This document shows positions 37,749 to 50,625 of a DNA stretch of 64,000 nucleotides, piece after piece. The notes under the pieces are model-generated. The model saw nothing but the letters and a program-made list of their open reading frames with translations, did no database searches and had not been told where the DNA came from. Each line of letters starts with the position of its first letter. The first letter of the stretch is position 1. This DNA comes from Hemiscyllium ocellatum. Its lineage: Eukaryota. Both the position numbers and the translations under genes were made by a program. The DNA is taken from the NCBI RefSeq assembly GCF_020745735.1, contig NC_083404.1, positions 34,161,731 to 34,225,730 on the forward strand, given 5' to 3'.

Positions 37749-38584
37749 AAAAAAAAACTTATCCAGGATAGCTTCTACCTCCACACTAATATTCTCTCCA
37801 TCACTGTCACATTCCTCCTTTATTTCCTTCGTTATCTTTCTTAAACACCTTCCATCAAGAAATACTTCGTATCCAGTCCTATCCTTTAAGCTAGATTTCC
37901 ATTGTGTTTTTGCTTTGTTCTCTACAACTCACTTAATTGCCATACTTAGTGCATTCACATACACATACAGTCAACATAATCTCAATCACACTGCAATCCC
38001 TTTTACTCTTACCGTGCATGATTTTTTGAAAATCCAATACTGTTTGCCATTCAATTACTTGTGCGCTCTGTTTTGCCTCCTGGTTCCCACTACTGCAGAA
38101 GAAGCATTTTCACTTAAAATGAGACTTGGATACAATTATGCACACATCCAATTTTGAAGCAACCTGTATGGTGCCCATTTTGAGGTGCAAGTTAACTTTT
38201 ATAAAAAGGCAGCCCTTTAGTGAACTATGGAGCTCTTGTAGTGCATTGGCAGTATCCAACCTTTGAGCCAGAGGCCCAGGTTCACGATCCATCTGGGCGA
38301 GCGGTGTGTACCAATATCTCTGAATAGGTTAACTAGAAAATACTTTTTTGTACCTTGCTCTTCAGTTTCCCTAATATGACAACAAATGTGTATCAATGTG
38401 TACAAGGCTATTGCCAAAGTTATTGCTTGAAGATCAGAGAACTGAAGACATTAAAGGTTTCTGCACAGTATCGTGTTCAAGCAAAAGAGCATTCTGTTCC
38501 AATCAGCCACTTCATTAGGTTAACGAATCTCCAAAAATTACTTCAATTGAAACATGCAGAATGGAAAAAACACATGGTATTTTA

Positions 38585-39170
38585 TGAACATGGAACAAGA
38601 GTAGGTCACTTCACCCTTCCAGCCTGCTCTACCATTCAACAAGATAATGGCTGATCTGATTTAATTTTAACTCTAGATTCCTGCATATCCTGGATAATTT
38701 TAATCTTGGTAATCAAGAATCTATCCACCTCTACCTTAAGGGTTATGTAAAGATTCTGCATTAACTGCCTTTTAGAGAATTCCAAAGACACTCAACCTCT
38801 GAAATTTTTTCCTCATCTGTTTTAAATGGGTACCTGCATATTTTTAAATGATAATCCTCAGTTGTAGGTTCTCCCAAGAGAAACATGCTTTTGTCATCCA
38901 TCCAGTCAAGTCTCCTAAGGATCTTTTATGTTTTAATTAAGTCAGCATTGACTTTTCTAAACATCAGACGATACAGGCCTAGCTTGTCTCACATTGCTTC
39001 AAGGCAACCCACTTGTGAATATTAGTCTAGTAAGCCTTCTTTTCATTGCTTCCAATTGTTAACATCCTTCCCTGAGTCAAACATGAAGACTGCACACAGT
39101 ACTCCAGATGTGGTCTCAGTGTCCTGCATATCTGCAGCATAACTTCCCTGCTTTTGCATTCAATTCCCTC
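38585..39170 (-). mobile_element. CR1 LINE 3' remnant
   Basis: Reverse-complement CR1 3' UTR and ORF2 end (ctgcacacagtactccagatgtggtctc). Confidence 0.7.
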
Positions 39171-41544
39171 ATTCGATTAGCTTACTTTTGTTTTTATTCC
39201 AGCTTTTGCAAAGTGAGCCTAGCAGGCTATTAGCAGTGCTTTAGGTCATGCAGTGCATTTTTTTAAAGCATATCCAAACTGAATGAAGAAAAAAGACTTG
39301 CTTCAATTAATAACAAAGATGATTTTTGTGTAGCACCTTCAGATATTTTATATTGAATGCAAACACTAAACTTAGTTACAATTTATGGACTGTCACTGCA
39401 AAGAAATATGCAAAACATATTTGCACACAAAACACACAGTCAACATAATCTAGTTTTCAATAATCCTCCACAATTCACCACGCAAAATGAAAAAAAAAGC
39501 TTGCTTCCACTTAAAGAAGCAGTTTCAGCTACATTGTGCTGAATGCAAAAACCTGTACTGTCAGAGAGACTCCCCACCCTATATGTTTTAGTTTGAGTAA
39601 ACCTCATTTTATTATTCCCACTGAAATGTTACATTACATTTGTAGGTATGCAAAATTCAATCTTAAATAAAGACTGGTTGTCCCAAATGTGTCAGCATGG
39701 AAACTTTTTTTAAAAATAGAGACTGCCACATGATTCAGTACTATTCTATCCTAGAATTTCAAACTATGTTGAGTAAAGTATGGTATTGGTCAACAAGGCA
39801 GAATTGCTAAAGAACATGTTTGAATTCCCAATGGTTATCACTGATTGTAGCATGAATTAAACAAATTCAATGTATTCTAATCAATTATTTCTTATTGCAC
39901 AGCTATGAAAATTCATTTCATTGTCCAAGTTGATCTTGGCTACTGACAAGCTTGAATTCCGTTTATCTATCCTGTTTCTATTTTCTGCAACCTCTAGAAT
40001 CTTGGTCAAAGAAATTTGAATTGGATCAGCATTCATGATTTTTTTTTCAGAGTTGCAGGGAGTTCTGGATTTACATTATTCTGAGAACAAAAACGTTTGA
40101 TTTCACAACTACATAGCTTAAGTTATGAAAATATAAAATAATTACCAAAAATATAACAATGAGCAAGGAGGGCAATTTTTAAAAAAGCACACGGACAACA
40201 TAACTGGTCAAAAAAAATGTTTAACACATCACAAACTATTAGAAAACAAGAAGGCACACAAACCTGAAGCAGTAATATGCACTAATGGATACATGACCAC
40301 CAAACAATAGCAAGCAATTAACAGATGCAAGTGAACACTGCTTAATTAACCACAAGATAAAGTAACTAGTACATTTATCTTCTAAATAATAGGCTCTACA
40401 ACCAGAGGGCCGTCAAATATTTCAAATAAATAGAAGCGATTTTAGGCACAAGCTCAAAATGTTCTGTTGCAAACACAGAATGAAGACTTTTAAATTGATG
40501 GGGTGGTGGAATTATACCATATATTGAAAAAAACCCTATTTATCTTAACAAGAGACAAAAGAAATTAACGTTAGAGAATGGGTCATTCATTCTTCTTAAC
40601 ATGGTTGCTCCTTGCCACCATCTAGATCTATATCATCAGAAGGAATATCCAAATAGGAAAATTCAAAGCTGTTTTTGGATCGATGTTACAAAGATAAGTC
40701 CACAGGTAATGCTTTCTGCCATTTTAAATCAGCTCTTATTTTATGAGAGACTTTGAGACACTGCCAACAAGATGAAGCATGCTGAAATTTTGTGTTATGC
40801 CCTGACTGATACAAACTAATTTAGGAACAGCATATCATCTTGGAGTTGAGGTGTTCCAGGCTTTTTATAATGGAAAATAGCTTCACATTGAGTCTCTGTT
40901 TTCATCCTCTAAGCATTTGCTTGTCACCATAATGGCACTCTAGCAGTTGAACTCACATTGTGCCTTTTCAGCTGGCAAATTGGAGTTAATGGAAGCTGTT
41001 GAAATAAAAACCTAATTGCCCCCAAGCTTGAATCTTCAATTATTCACTGTCTACATTGTATTTTCCATGGCTACTAAGTTGGCAATATTCTGGCAGGTGA
41101 AGGAACATTTTTACTTTGCAAGTAAACAAATATACAGAAAGGCTTCTAACGGATGCTGTTTCTGACCGTCACAGTTGACTTTGTGCTTCCGATCACAACT
41201 AACCAGGAGGGAGAAAGTGAAGCCAAAAGCTTAATCTGCCATTCTAGATCTTTGTTCATCTCTTATGTACTCCTACAACTAAGACCACAAAAAAACTTAC
41301 TACACACACTATAGATTTACCTGCAGCTCATGTTAATACATGTTCATGCAAGTATAAACAAGATCATGTGTGTGAGCTTACAGATCTGGTTCAGGCAAGG
41401 TCTTTGCCTATCCTGTCTCAGAGCAACAGTACTTCACTTCTAGTTGAAGTGACCGCCTGAGGGGTACACATTTTTCTTGGGTCATCACCTCAGTCTTTCC
41501 TCCAGCAACTACACATTTCAATATATCATGACATCTGCTTGTAC

Positions 41545-41631
41545 CTCTTTCTGCTGTCGTTCCAGTTCTTTCATTCGGATATCTCGAGCTTCTGCTCGGG
41601 CTGCCCGCTTCGCTGCAAGCCTGGCTTCTGC
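41545..41631 (-). CDS. LRRFIP2: LRRFIP2 conserved N-terminal coiled-coil exon, 87 nt, [29 protein letters not shown]
   Basis: Acceptor cttttgtag|GCA, donor GAG|gtacaa. Near-identical to the LRRFIP family N-terminal motif; ARDIRM is the LRRFIP2 form. Confidence 0.97.
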
Positions 41632-43164
41632 CTACAAAAGTAAATTAACATTTGTTAATTCTATGCTATGCAGTGGCAAATAAATGTGGAGAAAATACAA
41701 GAGTTAAAGTGTGTTGCAATACATAATAAAAAACTATTCATACTGAAAGCAGTTTCCAGGATGTTTAAAGCAATGCTTCCCAAACCTGGACTCACTGTGA
41801 TTGCATTTTGAGGCTTCACATGTGGTGCTGCTGAAGACTCCACTATCATACCACGCTTTCAATTCCAAGGTAATTTGAAAAAGAATTATGTCATTTATAC
41901 ATTGCAACCAGCCGCTAGAATTGAAATTACGATAGGCCAAAAAGCAGTCAATACCTAGTATTGAGACACATCAGGTCTCAACAAATGTGACATTCAACTT
42001 GGGATTATGCTTGGTTAACTGCTGGTAGCCAGTTAACATCTTAGAAGAGACATAGGGTTGCTTTGTATGAAGCACAAGACATACACAAAAACAACTTAAA
42101 TAGTTCCCTTTCAGTGGGGTTATCTGGGATAAGGGGATTTGCCTTAAAACTAGCATTAAACATTTGGTCCAGGAAAAGCAGGGCTCGATTTACAATGTGT
42201 TACCTAAATAGTCATAATAGTCCCTCACTTGCTGAATTGAATGTGACATGAATTTGCAATCACACTCCAGCTGATGGCAAGGCAGGGAGTGGGGGAAAAA
42301 AAATGTAGTTATATTCTACTGGTATATTCACTTAGAGCAGCCTCGACAACCACAAAAATATAAATAAACTAAATTTTGAATTTTTATTTAAAAAAACCAT
42401 ACGCAGGCACTTAGCATGAAGTCATGGGACAAAGTTTTAAACACAGCTTCAAGGTTTTATAGCCACTACTAGTATTGGAGGCAAAAAACAACATTTGTGA
42501 TACTATCTGAACAACTTTGACACACTGCACATGTTGTATACAGTTTAAGGCCACTTCATATAACCACGCATACAGAGCACAGACCGCCACTCAAGATATA
42601 CTGGTACCTGTTGCAACTTGTAGCCAAAACGTGTTGCTCTATTTTAGAACACATTAAAGTTGGACCAAGTCAGTCAAGGAAAACTAATTATTAGAAAAAT
42701 GTGAAAAAAAATAGAAAACTTGGCTTTGGAGGAACCCAACAAATTTCTTGTCAATCTTATGCATGAAATTATTGGGCAGCTCAGGAGGGTGACAAAGTGA
42801 AGTGCTTTCATGTTTACTTGTGACTTCTACTTCGCTATCAGTGCGAACCGGGCAGACTTGCTGATACAAAAAATCATTTATCCTTAGTGGTGCTCATTAA
42901 AAAACTGACCTCATGTAGAAGTCAGACAAGTGAACAGTCTGTCAATTCAGTCCATTTGGGCTTGTTCAGACCATGATCAACACATTTGCAATGAGACAAA
43001 TATCTAGGCACTTGCAAAATAACATTAATTACCTGTATCTTTACTGACTAATAATCATTTCAGGATGGATTCAGCCAGTTTACATTTAATCGATTGATCT
43101 ACCCTGGCTAAGACCTGGACAGATCTTTTTTAATTAACCAGTTCAGAAACATTACTACACATCT

Positions 43165-43640
43165 CTAGAATAATTGAGTCCTGAACCACAAGAGGTTTCT
43201 AAGAATGATCCCAGGGATAAAGGGCTTGTCATGTGAACAGTTGAGGAGTCTGGGTCTGTACTCAATGAAGTTTAGAAGGATGATAAAGTATTTCATTTGA
43301 ATGTACAGAATACTGATAGGCCTGGACAGAGTGCATGTGCACATTTTTCCACTCGCAGAAGAGACTAAGACCCAGAGGCACATCCTCAGAGTGAAAGGAC
43401 AACCCTTTAGAATGGAGATGAGGAGAAATTTCTTCAGCTGGGGATGGTTGGTCTGTGGAACTGATTGCTACAGAGAGCTGTGGAGCCAAGACATTGATTG
43501 TATTTAAGGATAAATAGGTTTGGATTGGTAAGGGACAGGGAGAAAGCAGTAGTATAGGGTTAAACAGCATATCAACTATGATTGAATGGAAGTCTATACT
43601 TGATGGGCTGAATGGCCTAATTTCGCTCCCACGTTTTATG
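43165..43640 (+). mobile_element. CR1 LINE 3' fragment
   Basis: YRILIGLDRV...KTQRHILRVKGQPFRMEMRRNFFS. Confidence 0.8.
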
Positions 43641-44016
43641 TCTTAATTGCTCAGTGTTTGAGTTCACAGATTGCAAAAAGCAAGAGAGGGGCTCGGAGGA
43701 ATTGAAGTCTACGACTTCTATAAAGGACATGAAATGAGGATGAAACAAATATACAGACAAGCTCTGCAAGTTTGCAGCAACCTGACAGGTGGAATTTAAC
43801 CGAGGAGAAGTCTCAACTTATTCACTTTGGTCAACAGAAAACCATCCCCTTTTAAAAAAAAGTCTAAAACTTGTACAACACTTGGGTGTGCACATATGAG
43901 AAACATTAAGTTAACAGGTAGGTACAAGCAGCAAGTGAATCAGAATCATACCACATAGGAGCTATGCTAAGTCTACACAAGTCCCACAGCCTTGAATATT
44001 AACATTGTAAGTGCTC

Positions 44017-44471
44017 TGTTACGTTCCCTTCTTGAGATTCTTACACACTTGATGCAAATGCAACACGCCAACTTCATGAACAGCCACGATTTAAGTACAA
44101 GCTTTTGGGGGATCATTTAACACTCTTTGCAATGCTTGCAGAGTGCGTCAAGCGAGCTCCCTGAACAAGGAAACCATCCCCCTTTATACAGGGTTTTACA
44201 TCATTGTCAGTCATGCATGTAAGACATAACCCCTTGCCACTCCCCCACAGTCACCATACCGCCCAAAACAATGTAAAGTGATTAGATTATTTCCAGAAAC
44301 AAAGTGTGATTAGATTATTCCTCAAAATAACATGTTATTAGGTTATTCCTTAAAGTGCAGCATTTACAGAGTATGATTATATTTTCACATCCTGACTGCA
44401 AGATAGAAAAATACACTGTCCCAGGACATCCAATTTCTTATATGTCAGCAGAACAAACTCTTAACATCTCA
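44017..44471 (-). mobile_element. Solo LTR (TG...CA, 5-bp TSD)
   Basis: Starts TGTTA and ends CTCA, flanked by tgctc at 44012-44016 and 44472-44476. Minus-strand TATAAA at 44183-44188; three attagattatt-like repeats at about 44280-44350. Confidence 0.7.
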
Positions 44472-45129
44472 TGCTCAACCATGTCCTTTTCAGATAGTAA
44501 ATGACATACTGCCCTTTAATGCAAGTGGACTGGAGGATAGGCATCAAGATATGCATGGTTTTGAGGAAGCATGTTTTTCTCAAATCATACAGGGTATTGG
44601 TAAAACTACGTCTGTAATACCAGGATATGAACACACAAATGAGGAGCCTTTTGTACTCCTCATTTGTGCCCCACCATTCAATAAGACCATATGCTATCAG
44701 ACTATAGCCACAACGATGTTCCTACCTACCCACAATACGCTGTGACTTCATTCTAAATCAAGCATCTACTTTCTTCAGCCTCAAAATATATTTATGGCTG
44801 TGCCTCTTCCATAGATTTACAACCTTCAGAGAAATAATTCCTCCTTATCTAAAACAGGAAGCTAATTTTTAAAATGTGCTGACTTATTCCTAGGTTTAAG
44901 GGCTTATCTTATACAGAAAGCTTGAACGAATAAGGATTCAATCAAATGGAGGTTTGAAAAATCAGTAATGTTCTCAATTAAACAAAGTTCTTGAGAAGAC
45001 AGATGAGTTTGGATACTCAGACTGTTTTGTTTTTAGTGGGGCAGGGGGGTATGTTGGGAGAAGGAGAGACACTAGAACTAGGTGACATTACTTCAGTGAC
45101 AAGAATAAAGCAATGGCCTTATTTAACAT

Positions 45130-45226
45130 GTCAAGATTACAGTGGTGCTGGAAAAGCATAGCAGGTCAGGCAGCAACAGAGGAGCACGAAAGTCAACGTT
45201 TCAGGCAAAAGCCCTTTGTCGGGAAT
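45130..45226 (-). mobile_element. PLE mini-element arm, degenerate hammerhead core
   Basis: ctggaaaagcatagcaggtcaggcagca...aacgtttcaggcaaaagccctttgtcgggaat, related to the 47743 family. Confidence 0.7.
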
Positions 45227-46029
45227 CTTCATCAACATGTTATTCAACATGTGCTGAGTTGTTTTTCAACTCTCCAAGATCTGAGCCATTTTCTTCCCTC
45301 CCCCCAAAGATGACCCTCTTTCCAAGAGTCATTTGAGTGTGGCAATGTAGAAGCAGCTAGGTCTTCAATTTTACTTAAGGCGGAGTCAGATAGAATTTGG
45401 ATAGACAAGGGAATCAAGAACAGAGTGTAGACATGAAAATGGAGCTCAGACCACAACAAGATCAACTATGAACTTATTCAATGGGTGAGCAGGCTCAGAA
45501 GAAAGGAACAGCATACTCCTACTTCTATTCTTATGTCCCTTAACACAAGTCTGTCAACAAGTTGGAGGTGCTATCCTTTAAGTATCCATTCTGTCAAGTT
45601 CCCACAGGATGTCACATGATCCCAAAAGATCACATTTCACGCTTCTAAATGCAGGCTCAACTGCCCAACCTTTCCTTAAAAGCTAACTCCTTCATACCAG
45701 TAATAAGTTCAGTGAACATTTGAATGCAATTATGCCTTTCTTAACAAGGAAAGAAGAGATGGTCTCACTCAGGCCCTGTACAATGATATCAAAACCCAGA
45801 GAAATTTGTATGCTAGTATGCCATTCCCCTTGCAATTTGCTTTTCTAATTACATGGTATAACTTCATACTAAGTTGTTGAGTCAGATATCCTTTGAGCCT
45901 GCAATGAATTAAGACATATGCGGATTGGGTGGGAAAATAGAATCAAGGCAGATCAGGCATGATCAGGCTTGGGGTCCAGTATAGTCTATTCCTGTTCCTA
46001 CTTCTTCCATTCTTAAAGGAATGGAGTTA

Positions 46030-46337
46030 GAGAGTAATAGAAATGTACAGCACGGAAACAGGTCCTTTTGGTCCAATCTGTCCATGCCAACCAGATATCC
46101 CAATCTAATCTAGTCCCATTTGCCAGCACTTAGCCCATATTCCTCTAAGTCTTTTAAATGTTGTAATTGTACTAGTCTCTGCCACTTCCTCTGGCAGTTC
46201 ATTCCATATATGGACCATCTCTGCATGAAAAAGTTGCCCCTTAGATCTCAAATTTTTCCCTCTCACCCTAAACCTATGCCCTCCAGGTCCAGACTCCTCC
46301 ACCCCACAGCAAAGACCTTGTCTACTTACCTTATTCA
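46030..46337 (-). mobile_element. CR1 LINE 3' fragment
   Basis: HIWNELPEEVAE in ORF 46105..46338, plus 3' UTR. Confidence 0.8.
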
Positions 46338-46470
46338 TGAAGAAAAAGTATTAAAATGGTGTATCATGCTGGTACATGTCTTGTGATCATCGTGACACAT
46401 AAGACTGCTAAGAAATGTTACTCAAAGATGAGGATAATTTGGCAAGCAGAACAACTCGGTGAGATCGATA

Positions 46471-46782
46471 GCTCCGTGGTTAGCACTGCCTTGCAATTCC
46501 AGCGATCTGGGTTCGATCCCACCCTCAGGAGGTGGTCTGTGTAGAGATTGTACATTCTCCCCATGTCTGCATGGGTTGTCTCAGTGTAATCTGGTTTTCT
46601 CCCACAGTCTAAAGATGAGGTGGATTGGTCATGCTCAAATGTCTGTAGTGTCAAAGGATATATACGTTTGGTGGATTAGGAATAAAAGATTCAGGGCTAC
46701 AAGGGTCAGGATGGGATGCTCTCTGGAGGATCATTGTGGATTTGATGTGTCAAGAGGCTGCTTCCACACTGGAGGGATTCTA
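46471..46782 (+). mobile_element. HE1-type V-SINE, older copy
   Basis: gtggttagcactgcc...ctgggttcgatccc followed by a diverged V-domain. Confidence 0.78.
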
Positions 46783-47742
46783 CAATGTGATACAGGGAAA
46801 GCTAACAAAGAGTAAGTGCAAATACCTGGACTGTAAAGGATGGCAACTTGGCAATTGTTTTGCAGGTTTTAAAGATTGAAGCAATAACAACTCAAATTCC
46901 AACAGCTGAAGGCAGAAATGTATCATGCATCAAATTACTGAGGATTTAGAGGTTTATAGAGTAATCAAACCCAGGCAAACAAGAATTTAAGTAATCTAAA
47001 ATGCTGTCTCTCAGATTTGGTCACTACTTCAATTTGGACAAGGCCTTTAAACAGAAAAAAATTGAGTTTGGATGCAGTATATCTCAACTCAAGGAACAGT
47101 GCACTTTTGTTCACCACTATTACACACAATCATAATGTTCAATATTCAAATTTAAGAGATTTCCGGTAAATAGTCAAGAGAATTGTGGCTAACTTGATAA
47201 ACAAACAGACCACGATCATCTAAACAGGTACCATATTCAAAATAAATCAAAATATTAGTCGCAAAGCAAAAGGTGGCAGCTGTTGCGAAATATGAAATGC
47301 AAACATCAAATACACGAAGTACAGGCCAGGCGACAGGAAACAAAGTTGACATCTCAGATCAATGAAATTCTAATTTTGCCAATAACTCTGCTCTATGCAA
47401 GAGCCAGTTGCACAAGATCAGCACTTTTTACCTTATACATACAGACAGTTTAGTGCTCCAATCACATTTCAAACGATTTACTCCTACTTATTTCTATTTA
47501 GCATACTGCATTTGTGTTGATGATACAGTTACTCTGTTAAACAGCATGGAATTGGGCCCTTTAGCCCAACTTTTCCATGCTGGGCAGGTTTCCTAAACTG
47601 AACTTGTTCCATTTGCCTGAATTTGACTCATATCCCTGTTAACATTTGTACTTGTCCAAATGTCTTTTACATGTTGTAATTGCACCCACCTCTACCACTT
47701 GCTTTGGCTTTAAGGAATATCGCCATCCCATCTGCAAGTATG

Positions 47743-47957
47743 AGCTGAAAATGTGTTGCTGGTTAAAGCACAGCAGGTTAGGCAGCATCTCAGGAATAGG
47801 GAATTCGACGTTTCGAGCATAAGCCCTTCATCCTGATGAAGGGCTTATGCTCGAAACGTCGAATTCCCTATTCCTGAGATGCTGCCTAACCTGCTGTGCT
47901 TTAACCAGCAACACATTTTCAGCTGTGATCTCCAGCATCTGCAGACCTCATTTTTTA
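47743..47957. mobile_element. Non-autonomous PLE-derived perfect palindrome (90-bp arms, 2-nt loop) plus 33-nt tail
   Basis: 47743-47832 is the exact reverse complement of 47835-47924. TSD catctgcaagtatga at 47729-47743 and 47958-47972. Confidence 0.92.
47831..47862 (+). ncRNA. Minimal hammerhead-ribozyme motif
   Basis: uc CUGAUGA A GGGC UUAU GCUC GAAA CG UC ga. Intact core and palindromic ACGU; stem I is only 2 bp. Confidence 0.72.
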
Positions 47958-49649
47958 CATCTGCAAGTATGACAATATTGTCATCCCAACTGTTTCTCTA
48001 TCCTCAGCCTGCACTACCTTTTCAATGAAGCACAATGTGAGCTCTAAGAACACACTTTATCTTTCAACTGAAGATGTTCAGCCATTTGCACTGAACTTTT
48101 TTGACAATTTCAGATCATAACAGTTGTGATAATGTGCTTGTTTCCTTTACTAGGCAGAATGGAAAAAAAAATGTTACACTTTAAGACAATGGGAGCATCC
48201 TGCATGCTAACAATGGGTCCTGCAAAGTCCCATAAAAATTTGGATAAAGTCAGATTGTGCTTTAAACTCTCAGGCTGTGTTTTGAAGTGTTCCTTTAGTT
48301 CCAAATTGAGAAAGTGTCAAGCTTTCAAGGACAGGTTATCAGAATGTCAAACTAGGGACAAAGCTTACATTGCCATCGAGATGCAATTCAAGGGGAGAGG
48401 GGCGAATAAAATATCCCGGAAAATGTTCACACAGTTCATCTGTTGGGTCCAGGAGAGATGAAACACCTTGAGGCTGGAAGTCTCTGATTCAGCAAACTGT
48501 TTCAGGAGTGGAACCCTGTGCTTGGATTGGAAATACCAAACTGATAAGCAGATAAGAAGATGGAAAATTTGGCTAGCTTTAGCCACAGTAAGCAATCTCC
48601 AAGAAAACTCTCAGTATCAAAGATTGTAAAAAGAAACTATCACAAGAAAACTTTCAGGAGCTCAAATATTTGGGACAGGTTTCACAAGAATACCTAAAAG
48701 GACAATGTAGTGAATACCTATAACATGTTTTTTGCTCATTTGTGCTAAATAACAAAGGCAGTATATGTCCTAAACTTCATAATATAAGCCAACTACAAAA
48801 GATACCATTTAGCCATGAGTGCTTTTAATCTTTTGTTAGCTAATATCTTAAAACTTGTCTTGCCATTCTTTCAGCTGTTAACTAAAAGTTTGAATATCTT
48901 TCTAAAAGCTGCCTGTCTTCATAGATTGTAACAATGTGGATAGAGAACATGGGTTAATAGTAGCTACAAGTCTGAAACTTCAATGCTAGTTTCTCTGTTT
49001 TTCGAACAGAGACCCCTCTTTCTCAAGAATTCTGGGAACCATTTACTTCACTCATTTGTTAACTCGAGCCAGTTTGCACATGATTTGAATAATAACGTGA
49101 AAATTCTGTTTCGATCCACATGCTACTTGTCAATTTAATTTCTGAAACACTTTACCAAATAATTTTTTCTTCCTCTGTTGTTGGTCCTGACTTGAACTTG
49201 GAAATACGTTTTTTTCATCTTCACCTGTTCTGGCACTTTGAAAATAACTAGTAGGTGTCCTGTTGAAGGTGGAGGGAGTGCAACAGGGACTGGCAAATTG
49301 ACTTCACCTGAAGATGATGTCATTTGCACAAATGCTAAATTTAATGTAAATCAAGAGTCAATGGTCAAAAAGGCTTAACAGCAAAGCAGGGAGAAGAATA
49401 GCACAGCAGGAGCTGGAGAGGTAAAGATAGAAACAGAGCCTGGATTGAGGCTACAATAGCAAATTGCTAATTAGTCATATTTGGACAGTATAACAAAAGA
49501 CAGCTGCTCGTTATGAGCAAGTAATGAAACGAGTACAATAAAATAACTTATTTAAAATGTTTTGAGTTATGTGGAGAAATGATTTTTCTTGGATGGGTCA
49601 AATAAAGGACAATAGGGCACAATCTTCAGAATTGGGCCCTTTTGAATTT

Positions 49650-49744
49650 AGCTGAAAATGTGTTGCTGGTTAAAGCGCAGCAGGTCAGGCAGCATCCAAG
49701 GAACAGGAAATTCGACATTTCGGGCATAAGCCCTTCATCAGGAA
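49650..49744 (-). mobile_element. Single arm of the 47743-type PLE mini-element with hammerhead-like motif (49711-49744)
   Basis: Near-identical to 47743-47832 with the same outer end (agctgaaaatgtgttgctgg). Motif uuc CUGAUGA A GGGC UUAU GCCC GAAA UG UC gaa. Confidence 0.85.
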
Positions 49745-49994
49745 CTTTTGTCACATTAAGGCAATTAGAAATCTGGAACTTGTTCCCAATACAGCTGTGA
49801 TGTTGGGAGAATTGGAGTTTTTAAGTCAGAGACTTGATTGATAAAGGCATTAATAAATGTGTAGAAATAATTTTGTCAATGAAATTGCCATGATGGAAAA
49901 AGCTCCACATGCTCAACAGTCCTACTCTGCTCTAAATGTTTCTTAAATTAAATCTAACACTAATCTTCTGCTTCATCTTACTTTCCCCACACAA

Positions 49995-50625
49995 TTCCTA
50001 CATCTACGGTGTTGAGGTGGATATGGTCGAGAGCATGAAATTCCTAGGAGTGAGGATCATCAATAATCTATTCTGGTCTACCCATGTTGACATGGGTCAC
50101 AAAAGCACAGCAACACCTCTACTTCATCAGGAGGCTGAGGAAATTCAACATGACCGCAAAGACTCTTAAAATCTTTTAGACATGAACCAAAGAAAGCATC
50201 CTATCCAGGTGCATCACAGTGCAATGTTGCAACTACTCTCCCTAAGACCGAAAGAAATGTAAGAGCTGCGAACACAGCTCAGTTCATCAGCCTCTCATCC
50301 ACTGACTTCATCTATACTTCCTGCTGCATTGGGAAAGCAACCAACATGATCAAAGACCTTTCCCACCTCAGCTATGCTTTCCTCATCCACTTTAGTCAGC
50401 CAGGAGATATGGAAGATTGTCGTCACATACAAATAGATCAAAGATCAGCTTCTTCCCCACCGTTTTTGGAGTTCTGAATGGGCATCTTTAATGTTAATGT
50501 TGATCTCACATCTTCTCAGCAGCTGGAACATTGTGCCTGCACTCTTTTACCCTGATGTATGCTACGTTCTGTCTGTAAAGCAAGCAAGTCAACACTCTTC
50601 ACTGTATATGTGACAACAATAAAAT
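49995..50625 (+). mobile_element. Rex1/Babar-like LINE 3' fragment
   Basis: IYGVEVDMVESMKFLGVRIINNLFWSTHV, then cttcatcaggaggctgaggaaattc (RRLRKF-like). Confidence 0.75.

Noticed and set aside
41545-41631. Assignment to the paralogue LRRFIP1
   Set aside because: This exon is shared by both paralogues, but ARDIRM and the downstream exons (SRGRRDSV, ADYFSRSNRRGSVVS) match LRRFIP2.
47743-47924. Pre-miRNA or DNA-transposon MITE reading of the long palindromes (also 13265 and 53211)
   Set aside because: One-sided tails, long variable TSDs (12-15 bp), hammerhead cores and dispersed single-arm copies fit PLE-derived retro-insertions better.
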